Part shown: in pieces, positions 43,830 to 53,700 of the stretch
Layout: every line of letters begins with the position of its first letter
Numbering within the stretch: position 1 is the first letter of the stretch
Assembly (NCBI GenBank): GCA_034658935.1
Contig: JAYEGE010000008.1
Location: forward strand, 3,400 to 67,399
Direction: 5' to 3'
DNA: 64,000 bases
DNA from: Patescibacteria group bacterium
Lineage (GTDB): Bacteria; Patescibacteriota; Minisyncoccia; Phycocordibacterales; JACOZG01
The notes under the pieces: model-generated
Told to the model about the DNA's origin: nothing
What the model saw: only the letters and a program-made list of their open reading frames with translations
The model's database searches: none
Made by a program: the position numbers and the translations under genes

Positions 43830-44762
43830 CTATTTTGTTAGGTGTAAAAAGCTGTAGAGGTCCTCGAGGGCCTTAACGGCATCGCCGGCGGCAATATTGT
43901 TTTGGTGATAACGTCCGTCCGTGCAGTCGCCGGCCGCCCAGATGCCAGTGATCGAAGTTCGCTGAGTGCGTGGGTCGACGATGATTTGATCATTTTGGTT
44001 CAATTCAAGCAAATCTTTAGCGAAATAGGTAGCCGGCACCAGGCCGATTTCGACGAAGACACCTCCAGTCTTTAATTCGTGAGCTTTTCCCGTTATCGTG
44101 TCTTTATAAGTCAATGATTCGATGAATTGGCCACCCTTAAATTCAGTGACCTCAGCATTGGTAATGATTTTAAATTTTGGATCCTTTTTGACTTTCTCAA
44201 TTGTGATCTTGTCTGCTCTGAATTTTTCACTGCGGTTCAATAAGGTTACGCTCTTGCAATAAGCTAGGAGCTGGGCCGCTGATTCAAAGGCAGCATTGCC
44301 GCCACCAATTACCACCACATCCTTGCCAGCAAAAAGGGGGCCGTCGCACGAAGCGCAATAGGTAATACCTTTTTGATCAAATTCTTTTGCTCCGGGGGCG
44401 GTCAGGCGGCGTCTATCGGCGCCGGTCGCGATTAAGACGGTTTTGGTGTTGAATTGTTCGCCGCTGTCAATCTCCACCGTGAATTGGTTGTTGCTTTGAG
44501 CGATCTTTTGCACCTTGTGTCCGAACATCACTTTCAAATCTGGCCCCTCGTAAGATGTTAAGTGTTCTTTAAGGCTAATGGCCAATTCTGTTCCAGAGAT
44601 TTTTTTAGTCCCTACCCAGTTTTGGATATCGGTTGAGACTGCAGATTGCCCACCCCATTTAAAAGCAATAGAGAGTGTTTTTAGTTTTTTTCGTGCGGCG
44701 TAGATGCCGGCAGCAGCCCCACCTGGGCCGCCGCCAATGACGATTAAATCATAAGTATCCAT
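43830..44762 (-). CDS. trxB: thioredoxin-disulfide reductase
   Basis: DLIVIGGGPGGAAAGIYAAR (FAD binding), CASCDG redox motif and VVVIGGGNAAFE (NADPH binding). Confidence 0.85.
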   Translation of the reverse strand: MDTYDLIVIGGGPGGAAAGIYAARKKLKTLSIAFKWGGQSAVSTDIQNWVGTKKISGTELAISLKEHLTSYEGPDLKVMFGHKVQKIAQSNNQFTVEIDSGEQFNTKTVLIATGADRRRLTAPGAKEFDQKGITYCASCDGPLFAGKDVVVIGGGNAAFESAAQLLAYCKSVTLLNRSEKFRADKITIEKVKKDPKFKIITNAEVTEFKGGQFIESLTYKDTITGKAHELKTGGVFVEIGLVPATYFAKDLLELNQNDQIIVDPRTQRTSITGIWAAGDCTDGRYHQNNIAAGDAVKALEDLYSFLHLTK

Positions 44763-44785
44763 ATTTACTTATTTAAAAGAAACTG

Positions 44786-45925
44786 TTATTTCTTGTTGCG
44801 ACGTAAGAAAGCGGGGATAGAAGACCAATCATCCTCCTCTTCCTCGATATCTGACTGTTTTGGTATTTTTTCTGGTTCTGGGTTGGCGGCCACCTTTTCT
44901 TTAATTTTTCCGTTTTTGTTGTCATCGATTATTTTGTTATCGAGGTCGATCGCTGGTTTGCGTTTGGCATTCTCGGGGAAGCCAGAGGCAATGACTGTTA
45001 CCTTAATTTCATTTTTGCCTAATTTATTATCACGGATCGCTCCGAAAATAACTTTGGCGTTGGGATCAATCGAGGCGATGATCAACTTAGCAGCCTCCTG
45101 GATCTCGAACATGGTCATATTGTCGTCGCCGGCGATAGCGAAGAGGACGCCCTTGGCTCCATCAATGGAGATGTCTAGTAGGGGAGAATTGACTGCTGCC
45201 CGGGCCGCCTCGATGGCACGATTTTCGCCACTTGAGCGGCCGATGCCCATAAGGGCGGAGCCGGCATTCTGCATGATGGAACGAATGTCGGCGAAGTCGA
45301 CGTTAATAATGCCGGGCATTGTGATTAGGTCTGAGATACCCTCGACTGCTTGACGAAGGACCTCGTCACACATTCCAAAGGCTGAAGCGCAAGAGGTGTT
45401 CTTGTCGATCAAAGAAAGCAACCGATCGTTGGGAATAGCGATAATCGCGTCTACCTCTTTGCGCAGGGTCTCGATTCCTCCTTCAGCAATCTGCATTCGT
45501 TGTTGGCCCTCAAAGAAGAATGGTTTAGTAACTACTGCCACTGTTAAGATGCCCTGATCCTTGGCCGCTTTGGCCACTATAGGGAGGGCGCCGGTGGCTG
45601 TGCCGCCACCTTCACCGCCAGCCAAGAAGATCATGTCGGCCCCTTTAATGACATCCTGGACGTCCTCCAGGCTCTCCTCAGCTGCTTTGTGTCCAACCTC
45701 GGGGTCCATCCCCGCCCCTAGGCCACGAGTTAGGTCCTTACCGATATGGAGCTTCTTTTTAGCTAGCGAATGATGGAGTCTCTGGGCGTCGGTGTCGATG
45801 GCGGTGAAATCTAGCCCCTTAACGTTAGAGCGGGCCATATGACTTATGGCATTAATACCGGAATTACCAACACCAATTACCTTGATTCTAGCGAAAGCCT
45901 CGATATCTGGTTCAATTTTGGCCAT
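44786..45925 (-). CDS. ftsZ: cell division protein FtsZ
   Basis: IKVIGVGNSGINAI and the tubulin signature GGGTATG. Confidence 0.9.
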   Translation of the reverse strand: MAKIEPDIEAFARIKVIGVGNSGINAISHMARSNVKGLDFTAIDTDAQRLHHSLAKKKLHIGKDLTRGLGAGMDPEVGHKAAEESLEDVQDVIKGADMIFLAGGEGGGTATGALPIVAKAAKDQGILTVAVVTKPFFFEGQQRMQIAEGGIETLRKEVDAIIAIPNDRLLSLIDKNTSCASAFGMCDEVLRQAVEGISDLITMPGIINVDFADIRSIMQNAGSALMGIGRSSGENRAIEAARAAVNSPLLDISIDGAKGVLFAIAGDDNMTMFEIQEAAKLIIASIDPNAKVIFGAIRDNKLGKNEIKVTVIASGFPENAKRKPAIDLDNKIIDDNKNGKIKEKVAANPEPEKIPKQSDIEEEEDDWSSIPAFLRRNKK

Positions 45926-45984
45926 ATATAGACTCTAGGTTAACAGAAGAAGCGGAAAAAGCAAAGGCTCTTCTCTGGCTATAT

Positions 45985-47151
45985 TTAGGGCCACAATTCC
46001 TTTAGCCAATGGAGGAAATTTTTTCCTGCTGCGCCGATCGCTTTGACGCTTTCTATGTTCCCAGCTGGATCATTACTAAGTCCCCAGAGACAGAGTCCGT
46101 AAGCCACTACCCAGGTGGAGTCTCGGATTTGGTTTTTTAGAGGACCGACCTCGCTTGGGTCGAATATTTTGGCTGGCAACTTTAGTTGGTTTTTGGCCAA
46201 TTTTTCTAGGTCATTAGCGCTGGCGCCTCCACCAACAATAATGATTCCTGCTGGCAATAACCCATTACGGCCGATTTTTTTAAGATGGGCTTCAATCAAT
46301 TCCATCATGTCCGATAACCTAGCTTCAATGATCTCGTCTAGTTTGCGCTTAGCATTTGTGGTGGTGGTGTTGCCGACTTTCATTCTCTCGGCTTCATCAA
46401 GGGGGACTCGCAATCCGAGAGCAATGTCGTTAGTGACGTCGTTGGACCCTATGGGGAAAACTTGGAGTGAGACTAAATGATCGTCTTCAAAGGTGACCAG
46501 GGATGTAGTTTGGGAGCCGATATTAACTAAAACACAGCCGGCTGCTTTCTGTGTTCCCATTAGGGTAGGGGTGCTGGCCGCTAGAGGTGAGGCCACCACG
46601 TCTTCAACTACTAAGCCAGCTGCGGTAGCAACTCTGATCAGGTCGTTCAGGTGTTGGGTTAGGCAATGAATGAAGAGAGTTCTGACTTCTAATTTCTGTC
46701 CTTTCCAACCCAGGGGGCGACCGGGCACCTTCTTGCCATCTATTTTGAAGGCGATTGGGAGAGCGTAGATTACTTTACGATTAGTAAAATCACCAAGATT
46801 GGATTCGCTGACCTCCATTGCTCGCTCGACCTCGTTTTCAGTGACTTCTAAGTCGGCCTTAGTAACAGCGACTTGTCCCTCAACGATTTTAGATTCCAAG
46901 GTGATGCCTCCTATTCCTAAGATGACTTTTTTAATCTTAGTTTTGGTCTGGCGCTCGGCTTCGCGGACCGCCGCCCGGACACTCTCAGTTGCTTCTTCAA
47001 AATTAACAACGTAACCCCGCTTTAAGCCTCGGGATTCACGTTTAACTTGAGTTAGAACTCGTGGCGCTCTATGTCCGCCGCCCCACTCGCAAACCACCAA
47101 CCTTATAGTTGCTGTCCCGATGTCTAATCCGGCGATGATGTTTTTGGACAT
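45985..47151 (-). CDS. ftsA: cell division protein FtsA
   Basis: MSKNIIAGLDIGTATIRLVV matches the actin-like N-terminus. Start moved to 47151; the ORF track extends to 47187. Confidence 0.8.
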   Translation of the reverse strand: MSKNIIAGLDIGTATIRLVVCEWGGGHRAPRVLTQVKRESRGLKRGYVVNFEEATESVRAAVREAERQTKTKIKKVILGIGGITLESKIVEGQVAVTKADLEVTENEVERAMEVSESNLGDFTNRKVIYALPIAFKIDGKKVPGRPLGWKGQKLEVRTLFIHCLTQHLNDLIRVATAAGLVVEDVVASPLAASTPTLMGTQKAAGCVLVNIGSQTTSLVTFEDDHLVSLQVFPIGSNDVTNDIALGLRVPLDEAERMKVGNTTTTNAKRKLDEIIEARLSDMMELIEAHLKKIGRNGLLPAGIIIVGGGASANDLEKLAKNQLKLPAKIFDPSEVGPLKNQIRDSTWVVAYGLCLWGLSNDPAGNIESVKAIGAAGKNFLHWLKELWP

Positions 47152-47494
47152 GTTGAGTAAAAAATTTGGCGAGCACCTGCTCTTCATGTTCCATCTTACT
47201 ACCGTGAGCGTATCCTTTCAAATGTAAAAGGCCGTGGATAAATAAAAAGATGGTGTAATCAGTTGGTTTCCACCCAAGCTTCTCTGCTTCTTGGGTTATT
47301 AATGCTTCAACCATCAAGATTTCCCCGTCTGTGTCTGTCAGTGGAAAACTTAAAATATTTGCTGGTTTGTCTTTGTGGCGATAAAGACGATTAAGCTCCC
47401 GAGAAACCCGGGAGCTAACAAAGGCGAGGCTTAACTCGTAACGTGGTCCGAGGACGTGGTCCTTAAGAGCTTTAACGTCGGCGGAATCTATCAT
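47069..47494 (-). CDS. ybeY: rRNA maturation endoribonuclease YbeY
   Basis: HGLLHLKGYAH matches the HGxLHLxGYDH zinc motif. The ORF 3' end overlaps the ftsA 5' end by about 83 nt. Confidence 0.7.
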   Translation of the reverse strand: MIDSADVKALKDHVLGPRYELSLAFVSSRVSRELNRLYRHKDKPANILSFPLTDTDGEILMVEALITQEAEKLGWKPTDYTIFLFIHGLLHLKGYAHGSKMEHEEQVLAKFFTQHVQKHHRRIRHRDSNYKVGGLRVGRRT

Positions 47495-47714
47495 TCTTAA
47501 TCTTCCCCAGCTTCTTTAGACGTTCGTAGGTGGCGGTACGCTCTAGGCGTTTGAGGGCGGCTTGTTTTTTCTTCTGAGCAGAGAGAGGGCGCTTCTGGGA
47601 TTTGAGGGATTTAACCTGTCTGACTATGCCGGAGGCGTTCATCCGTCGACTAAAGCGCCGCATAGCGCTACTGGTAGACTCGCTTCCCTCTCGTTTAACT
47701 TCCACGTTTATCAT
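47472..47714 (-). CDS. rpsU: 30S ribosomal protein S21-like
   Basis: 80-aa basic protein (MINVEVKREGSESTSSAMRRFSRRMNASGIVRQVK...) with a bS21-like pattern. Confidence 0.55.
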   Translation of the reverse strand: MINVEVKREGSESTSSAMRRFSRRMNASGIVRQVKSLKSQKRPLSAQKKKQAALKRLERTATYERLKKLGKIKNDRFRRR

Positions 47715-47749
47715 GAGGCCAGATTAACACATTAAGGGTAAATGGGCAA

Positions 47750-49081
47750 TTATTTAAGTTTCTTCAAATATTCAGCCAACTTCTCTATTTTGACTACGTC
47801 CTGAGAGCGGCTCTGGAGATTACGGACGATTACCGTCCCGTCTACGGCCTCTTTTTGCCCCAAGATCATTACGTTGGGCACTCCCATCTTCTCGGCGATG
47901 GCCAATTGAGCGCCAAGGGAATCTTTAGAGATCGATTGGGCTAGAGGAACCCTGGCTTTGCGTAGAACCTCAATGATTGCCAGGCATTTTAACTTAGCCT
48001 CGAAGCTCAATTGGATGAAGAAGACTTTTGGTTTTTTTAGAATACGCGGGTCAAGTTTTTTGTTCTGTGCGGACATTAGTACTCGGTCTACGCCAATAGC
48101 TACTCCAACACCCGGCACATCCTTCTTGTGTCCTAGGGCGCGAGCTAGGTAATCGTAGCGCCCGCCACCAGCTACCGACAAAGGCGATGCTTGTTTTTTA
48201 TCAACTTCACCGTCTTGGTCTTTCTCGGCGTCGCCCGCCTCCTCCGCCTCACTGATTTCAAAAACAGTTCGAGAGTAATAATCTAAACCGCGTACCAGGT
48301 TATTATTGATCTCATAGACGATGTCCATCATCTCTAGATATTCCAATACTTCGCGGAAATGGCTTTTGCAAGCATTGCAGAGGAAGCTCACGGTAGACGG
48401 TGCCCCCCCCTTGGTCTCTTGACAACCCGGGCGCTTGCAGTCGAGTAGGCGTAGGGGATTAGTTTTTAGTCGCTCACGACAGTCGGCGCAAATTTTCTTA
48501 ACGTTCTTGCGGTAATAAGCAACTAGTTCGCGGCGGTAATTCTGTCGACATTCTTTGTCCCCGATGCTATTGATCTCTAGTTTTAGATTTTTTAGGCCCG
48601 CTTCCTCCAGTATTAACATTGTTACTCGGATAATTGTGGCGTCATTAATACTCTTGGGACTGCCAATAGTTTCTAGGCCGAATTGGTAGAATTGACGGTA
48701 ACGTCCTCGCTGTGGCCTATCGTGACGGAAATAAGGGCCGTAATAATAAAGATTTACTGGTTGAGGTTGCGATTGGAGGCCGTTCTCAAAATAAGCTCGC
48801 ATTATCCCGGCGGTTCCCTCGGGCCTCATGGCCAGTTGATCTCCGCCTTTTGTTTTTAATTTATAGATTTCTTTTTGAACAATATCGGTGTCGGTGCCAA
48901 CGCTAGAGCTGTAGATCAATTCTTTTTCCAGCATCGGTGTCTCGATCGGAGAGAAGCCGTAATACATTGCGATCTCAGCGGCTCGCTCAAAAAAACCTTG
49001 GTAGGAATAGTATTTTTCCCCCAAGAGATCGCGCATTCCTTTGGGCGCCTGAAGATTATCCGCAACTTCTTTTTTACTCAT
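47750..49081 (-). CDS. hisS: histidine--tRNA ligase
   Basis: GMRDLLGEKYYSYQGFFERAAEIAMYYGFSPIETPMLE and motif 3 AGGGRYDYLARALG. Confidence 0.8.
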   Translation of the reverse strand: MSKKEVADNLQAPKGMRDLLGEKYYSYQGFFERAAEIAMYYGFSPIETPMLEKELIYSSSVGTDTDIVQKEIYKLKTKGGDQLAMRPEGTAGIMRAYFENGLQSQPQPVNLYYYGPYFRHDRPQRGRYRQFYQFGLETIGSPKSINDATIIRVTMLILEEAGLKNLKLEINSIGDKECRQNYRRELVAYYRKNVKKICADCRERLKTNPLRLLDCKRPGCQETKGGAPSTVSFLCNACKSHFREVLEYLEMMDIVYEINNNLVRGLDYYSRTVFEISEAEEAGDAEKDQDGEVDKKQASPLSVAGGGRYDYLARALGHKKDVPGVGVAIGVDRVLMSAQNKKLDPRILKKPKVFFIQLSFEAKLKCLAIIEVLRKARVPLAQSISKDSLGAQLAIAEKMGVPNVMILGQKEAVDGTVIVRNLQSRSQDVVKIEKLAEYLKKLK

Positions 49082-49103
49082 AGATATAAACTTAGGGGTT
49101 TTA

Positions 49104-49691
49104 TTAATAATTACCCGGGGCCCCGGGTAAGATTGCCAAACGGGCTGGTGGGAAGAGGCGGACTAGGGCCCGGCCAGTGATCATCTCTCCAGGCAGGGCC
49201 CCCCAATTGCGGGAGTCAAAACTAACATCACGATTATCTCCCATGACAAAATACTCGTTGTCCTTGAGGGAGAGCTCGGTGTCGATCAAGGGGTTCTCTG
49301 GGCTCTGAAGGTATGGTTCATCCACATTAATTATTTGTCCGTCGCGCAGAATGTTGATCTTATTATTAGTGATTACTATCTGTTCGCCAGGCAAACCGAT
49401 GATTCGTTTGATGAAGAACTTCTTTGGGTTTTTGGGGTAGCGGAAAATAATAACTTCTCCTCGTGTTGGTTTGCGAAAGAGGTAAGAGGCCTCATCAACG
49501 ATCAAATACTCCTTGTCCTCAAAAGTTGGGTACATTGAGGCCCCGCTGACGATGAAGGGTTGAGCAATATAAGTTCGGATGGGGATGACAATAATCAGAG
49601 TGAGGATGACCATCTTGATTACTTCCCAGGCGGTAGACTTAAAATTGCTAGACATGAGACCCAGTTTATTACAAATAAATGGCTGAGGCAA
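49104..49691 (-). CDS. lepB: signal peptidase I (bacterial type)
   Basis: SGASMYPTF (Ser box) and GDNRDVSFDSRNWG (box E). Confidence 0.85.
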   Translation of the reverse strand: MPQPFICNKLGLMSSNFKSTAWEVIKMVILTLIIVIPIRTYIAQPFIVSGASMYPTFEDKEYLIVDEASYLFRKPTRGEVIIFRYPKNPKKFFIKRIIGLPGEQIVITNNKINILRDGQIINVDEPYLQSPENPLIDTELSLKDNEYFVMGDNRDVSFDSRNWGALPGEMITGRALVRLFPPARLAILPGAPGNY

Positions 49692-49692
49692 A

Positions 49693-50532
49693 TTACAAAT
49701 TATTGTAAGTTTTCACTAAATTAGTAAAAAGTGAAGCGACAGTAAGTGGCCCGACTCCACCGGGGACAGGGGAGATCGCTCCAACGATGTCTTTGATGTT
49801 TTCGAAATCAGTATCGCCGATTAGCCCATCTTTTGTCCTGGTAATTCCAACATCGATGACCGTAGACTTTTTTTCAGTATTGAGATGTCCAGCTTTCAAC
49901 AATTTTGCCTGGCCGGTTGCTACAACGATCAAGTCGGCCGTCTTGGTGTGAGCAGATAAATCGGTGGTGCCTCGGTGGCAAACGGTGACGGTGGCGCCGA
50001 GATTGCCTAAAGCTAAGGCGGTGGGTCGGCCGACTAGGGCCGAGCGCCCAATGACTACCACGTCTTTGCCGTCGATCGGGATCTGATAATAATCAAGCAG
50101 GGTTAGGATGGCCTTAGTGGTGGCTGGCAGGAAACCACTTTGATCTCCGGCCTTAACCTTTTCGGTGTTCGTGGTGGTTAGGCCATCGACATCTTTCTGG
50201 GGCGAGATTTTCTCAATCAATTCATTGGCCTCTAGATTTTCGGGGATAGGTAATTGGAGGATAATGCCGTGAGTTTTTTGATCGGCATTCAGCTTTGTTA
50301 TTGTCTCGGTGATTTCATTTTGCCGCACGTCCTCGGGAAATTTGTAGAGATTAACTTCTGCTCCGATCTTTTCACCAAAAAGCTGCTTCTGCTTAATATA
50401 GACTCCTGAGGCCGGATTATCGCCGATCTGGAGGATGGCTAGCCCAGGCACGCTTTCAAACCCAGCTATTCGCTTAGCTAGCTCGCCGGCGATCTCGTCT
50501 CGGGCCTTATTTCCGTCCAATATTAGGGCCAT
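49693..50532 (-). CDS. folD: bifunctional methylenetetrahydrofolate dehydrogenase/cyclohydrolase
   Basis: MALILDGNKARDEIAGELAKRI...PGLAILQIGDNPASGVYIKQK. Start placed at the Met at 50532, because the ORF-track N-terminal extension overlaps pth. Confidence 0.85.
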   Translation of the reverse strand: MALILDGNKARDEIAGELAKRIAGFESVPGLAILQIGDNPASGVYIKQKQLFGEKIGAEVNLYKFPEDVRQNEITETITKLNADQKTHGIILQLPIPENLEANELIEKISPQKDVDGLTTTNTEKVKAGDQSGFLPATTKAILTLLDYYQIPIDGKDVVVIGRSALVGRPTALALGNLGATVTVCHRGTTDLSAHTKTADLIVVATGQAKLLKAGHLNTEKKSTVIDVGITRTKDGLIGDTDFENIKDIVGAISPVPGGVGPLTVASLFTNLVKTYNNL

Positions 50533-50617
50533 ATAACCGCACTTTACCATTTTTTGAATCTTCTGTCTAATAATCTGTGGCGTCCGATCCAACCTTGTTA
50601 TATTATATACTGAAGGC

Positions 50618-51223
50618 ATGTCATATATCATAGTTGGTTTGGGGAACCCGGGGGAGGGGTATGAAGGGACTCGGCATAATGTCGGGCGGATGGTTTTGGA
50701 GAAGCTGAGGAAGGGGCAAGATTGGCCTGAGTGGAAACTCGATAAGAAGATAAGGTCATTGGTGAGCAAGGGGAAAATGGGAGTAGGGGAGAAGGCTCAG
50801 GCCGTAACTTTGGCGATGCCCGAGACGATGATGAATAATTCTGGCAAGGCGCTGGTGTCCTTAGTGGAGTCTAAGAAGCAAGCTGAGAAGCTGGTGGTAG
50901 TTTACGACGATCTCGATTTAGCTCTGGGTGCGATGAAGGTGAGTTGGAATAGGGGAGACGGCGGTCATCGTGGGTTGGCTAGTATCATTAGGTTGCTCAA
51001 GACGCGCGAGTTTGTGCGAGTGAGGATTGGCGTTTCGCCAACAACGCCGGGGGGCAAATTAAAGAAACCGCCTACTGAGACAAAAGTCTTGGATTTTATC
51101 CTTGGCGATTTCCGAGATAAGGAGAAAATAGTATTCAAAAAAGTCGCCAAATGTGCCGTTGAGGCTCTTACCACTATCGTCGCTGATGGCCGAGAGCGAG
51201 CGATGAATCAATTTAATAAATAA
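50618..51223 (+). CDS. pth: peptidyl-tRNA hydrolase
   Basis: IIVGLGNPGEGYEGTRHNVG. Confidence 0.85.
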   Translation: MSYIIVGLGNPGEGYEGTRHNVGRMVLEKLRKGQDWPEWKLDKKIRSLVSKGKMGVGEKAQAVTLAMPETMMNNSGKALVSLVESKKQAEKLVVVYDDLDLALGAMKVSWNRGDGGHRGLASIIRLLKTREFVRVRIGVSPTTPGGKLKKPPTETKVLDFILGDFRDKEKIVFKKVAKCAVEALTTIVADGRERAMNQFNK

Positions 51224-51329
51224 AGACTTCAAATAAATAATCCCCGGTATGAGCTCAGCTCGTACCGGGGACGGTCTCAAAGAGACCAACTATTGACAGG
51301 ATCTCGCAAGTAATTTTTCCACAAATAAA

Positions 51330-51610
51330 AAGGGTCCGGGGCAAGCTGATGCTCGTCCCGGACCACACACAGTGTACCCGATGTCGGTTTTGTTGACGGA
51401 GAAAGTCGGGTTGTTTCTCCATCTCACCGCTGTTACTTGCCGACGCCATGACCACGGACCGTCCTCGTGGCGTCGACACCTAGCCTGCGTTACTACGCGC
51501 CCGCTCGGCGGGGGGAGCCAAGCGCGTTGTTCGGAGCTCCGTCCACATTCCTCGCAGATCGCTGGTGGCTTTCCTTCCTGGTGCATGATGGCGCCGTTCA
51601 ACCTATATTA
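51330..51610. other. GC-rich non-coding island (about 280 bp) between pth and rpsA; possible structured RNA, identity unresolved
   Basis: GC is far above the flanks. The hairpin ggtccggg-N16-cccggacc sits at about 51337-51370. Only short overlapping ORFs with no support are present. Confidence 0.3.
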
Positions 51611-51709
51611 TTTGTCAAGCCTTTCTGTTGGTCGGCACTTGTTTTGAGGCCCAAAACAGCAAAATACGGCTCAATTGAGCCGTATTTCGGAGAATTTCTC
51701 GTGGTTTAT

Positions 51710-52969
51710 TTACTTGGTTTTAGGTTGCTCCATTTCCGTGGCAGCTCCTGGCGCGGAAATCTTCTTCTCGCCAAAAAGCATGGTCATTTTTTGGTTCTTG
51801 GGATCAAAAATGTTGATGGTCAGAGCATAGGTCTTGCCCAACTCCAATTTTTGACGCAATTCATCCTCACTAATGAATTCTGAGATATGAACTAAGCCAG
51901 CGACGCCCTCTTCAATACTCACTAAGGCGCCGTGCTTATTGTGTCGTATAACTACCCCCTTAACTGTATCGCCCTTTTTATACTTACCTTCGGCGTCTAA
52001 CCAAGGGTTACGTTTCAGAGCCTTAACCGAGAGAGAGACCTTGTCGTCTTTGACCTCAATGATCTTGGCCTTGATTTTGTCTCCAGGGTGGAACATCTCA
52101 CGGAGATTCTCAACCAGGGACCAATCGACTTCCGAGATATGAACTAGGCCTTCGAATCCTTCTTCGATCTTCACGAAGACGCCGAAGTCTACTACGCCAG
52201 TTACCTCACCCTCTACTACGTCACCGAGAGTATATTTGGAAACAATTTCCTTGCGACTCTTGGACCCGAGCTCCTTTTCAGAGAAAATCAGCTTGCCCTC
52301 CTTGGGGTCAGCACTGATCAAGTAGACGGTCAAACTCTGAGTGATCAATTTCCTGAGTTCTTCGGCGATCTTATCTTTATCGCCGTCTGCTACTTTGGGG
52401 TAATGTTCTGGCTTTAATTGTGAAGCGGGAATGAAGCCATCTAGTCCTTGCCACTCAACCATCAATCCGCCCCGATTGGCGTTCTTGATGGCCAAGTTAA
52501 AGGTGGCGTTGGTGTCTATCGCCTGCTTGGCCTCAGCCCAGACGATTGCCTGCTTGGCCTCCTGGAGTGAGAGCTCAATATAGCCTCCTTCGCCCTCGGG
52601 AGTGACCACTTTGGCGCTGATGGCGTCGCCGGTATTTATTTCTTTGATGATATTGCGGGCGTTCAAGTACTCACGGCCGAAAATAATGCCGGTGCCGAAT
52701 GGGGGGATATCTACATAAACCGCCATTTTCGACTTGCCGATAACTGTGCCCTCGACGAGTGTTTTCTCGAGGGGTTTATCTGGCGCACCTTTAAGCATCT
52801 CAGCCATTGCGCCCGTTGGCCCGTCCGAATGGACGGAAAGTTCCGTCCGGGCGGGCGCCGCAATTGCCACAGCCTCATCGGTTATAGCACTGTCTTTCTC
52901 TAATGTCTCATCTGTACTAGACATGGCCGTATAGTATAAGGGTTTTTGGGGGATTAGCAAGTTGTCCAC
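51710..52969 (-). CDS. rpsA: 30S ribosomal protein S1 (short, four S1 domains)
   Basis: Repeated S1 domains (GDVVEGEVTGVVDFGVFVKIEEGFEGLVHISEV..., GTVIGKSKMAVYVDI...). Confidence 0.85.
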   Translation of the reverse strand: MDNLLIPQKPLYYTAMSSTDETLEKDSAITDEAVAIAAPARTELSVHSDGPTGAMAEMLKGAPDKPLEKTLVEGTVIGKSKMAVYVDIPPFGTGIIFGREYLNARNIIKEINTGDAISAKVVTPEGEGGYIELSLQEAKQAIVWAEAKQAIDTNATFNLAIKNANRGGLMVEWQGLDGFIPASQLKPEHYPKVADGDKDKIAEELRKLITQSLTVYLISADPKEGKLIFSEKELGSKSRKEIVSKYTLGDVVEGEVTGVVDFGVFVKIEEGFEGLVHISEVDWSLVENLREMFHPGDKIKAKIIEVKDDKVSLSVKALKRNPWLDAEGKYKKGDTVKGVVIRHNKHGALVSIEEGVAGLVHISEFISEDELRQKLELGKTYALTINIFDPKNQKMTMLFGEKKISAPGAATEMEQPKTK

Positions 52970-53062
52970 TCCACTCCCACCGCTTCTTGGGGTTCTGTTG
53001 TATACTAAATTTATTATATATGTGAAAATTAATAATGTATATTAACAATTCGATGTTTAAAT

Positions 53063-53674
53063 ATGTCTAAAGTCCATAAAGTTATAGGTATAATCGCTCT
53101 GATAGTGTTGGCGATTTGGGTCTGGAATGTTTATCGCGCGCCTGCGCCAGAGGGAGACAGCCAAGCTGCCCAGATTTCACTCATTGATGTTATTAGGAAG
53201 CAATTCACCGGCGCTAAGGAGGCGCCGGCCGAACCAATTGGCAGAGACATGATTGGTAGCTGTACTAAGGAGCAGGAGGCCGGTTTTAGAGAGTGGTGTC
53301 GAAATGTGCACGATACTTGGTATACAGACGTTTATTTACCTTGGTTCAATAATGTCCATCAGCCTTGGCTAGAGGCCAGGGAGACGGCCATTGCAGCCTA
53401 CCAAGCGGCTTATCAGGAATATCTTGATGCTTGGAACGCTTGGTATGCACGTAAACTTGCTTGTAATATTGCGACTGGGGTTGTTTCCACGGTGTCTCTT
53501 GGCGGCGGCGCAGTTATTGAGGTGGTGCGTTGCGCGACTGATCATGAGCCTCAACCACCGGGACCACCGGTTATTCCTCCTCAGCCAACTCCTCCACAAC
53601 GACCGATTGCCCCTCCGGATCTTCAGGGTTGCGCAGGAATAAATCCAGGCAGTGGCGGTCTGTGCGGATTTTAG
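53063..53674 (+). CDS. hypothetical Trp-rich protein with an N-terminal TM anchor and a Pro-rich C-terminus
   Basis: ORF and TM helix only. Confidence 0.4.
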   Translation: MSKVHKVIGIIALIVLAIWVWNVYRAPAPEGDSQAAQISLIDVIRKQFTGAKEAPAEPIGRDMIGSCTKEQEAGFREWCRNVHDTWYTDVYLPWFNNVHQPWLEARETAIAAYQAAYQEYLDAWNAWYARKLACNIATGVVSTVSLGGGAVIEVVRCATDHEPQPPGPPVIPPQPTPPQRPIAPPDLQGCAGINPGSGGLCGF

Positions 53675-53700
53675 ATTTGTGCTGATGTAGGGTATTTCGG

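Noticed and set aside
47069-47187. Possible mis-annotation suggested by the 83-nt overlap between the ybeY 3' end and the ftsA 5' end
   Set aside because: Both proteins carry their diagnostic motifs. The overlap may be real, or ybeY may end earlier via an undetected error, and this cannot be resolved from the sequence alone. It is noted but not raised as a finding.
51290-51883. ORFs 51290..51601 (-), 51372..51647 (+) and 51467..51883 (+) in the GC-rich island. Also a tmRNA or SRP RNA assignment for the island.
   Set aside because: The ORFs overlap one another on both strands and have no motifs. tmRNA was rejected because there are no tRNA-like 5' or 3' ends. SRP RNA was rejected because only a partial, imperfect match to the domain IV core is present.
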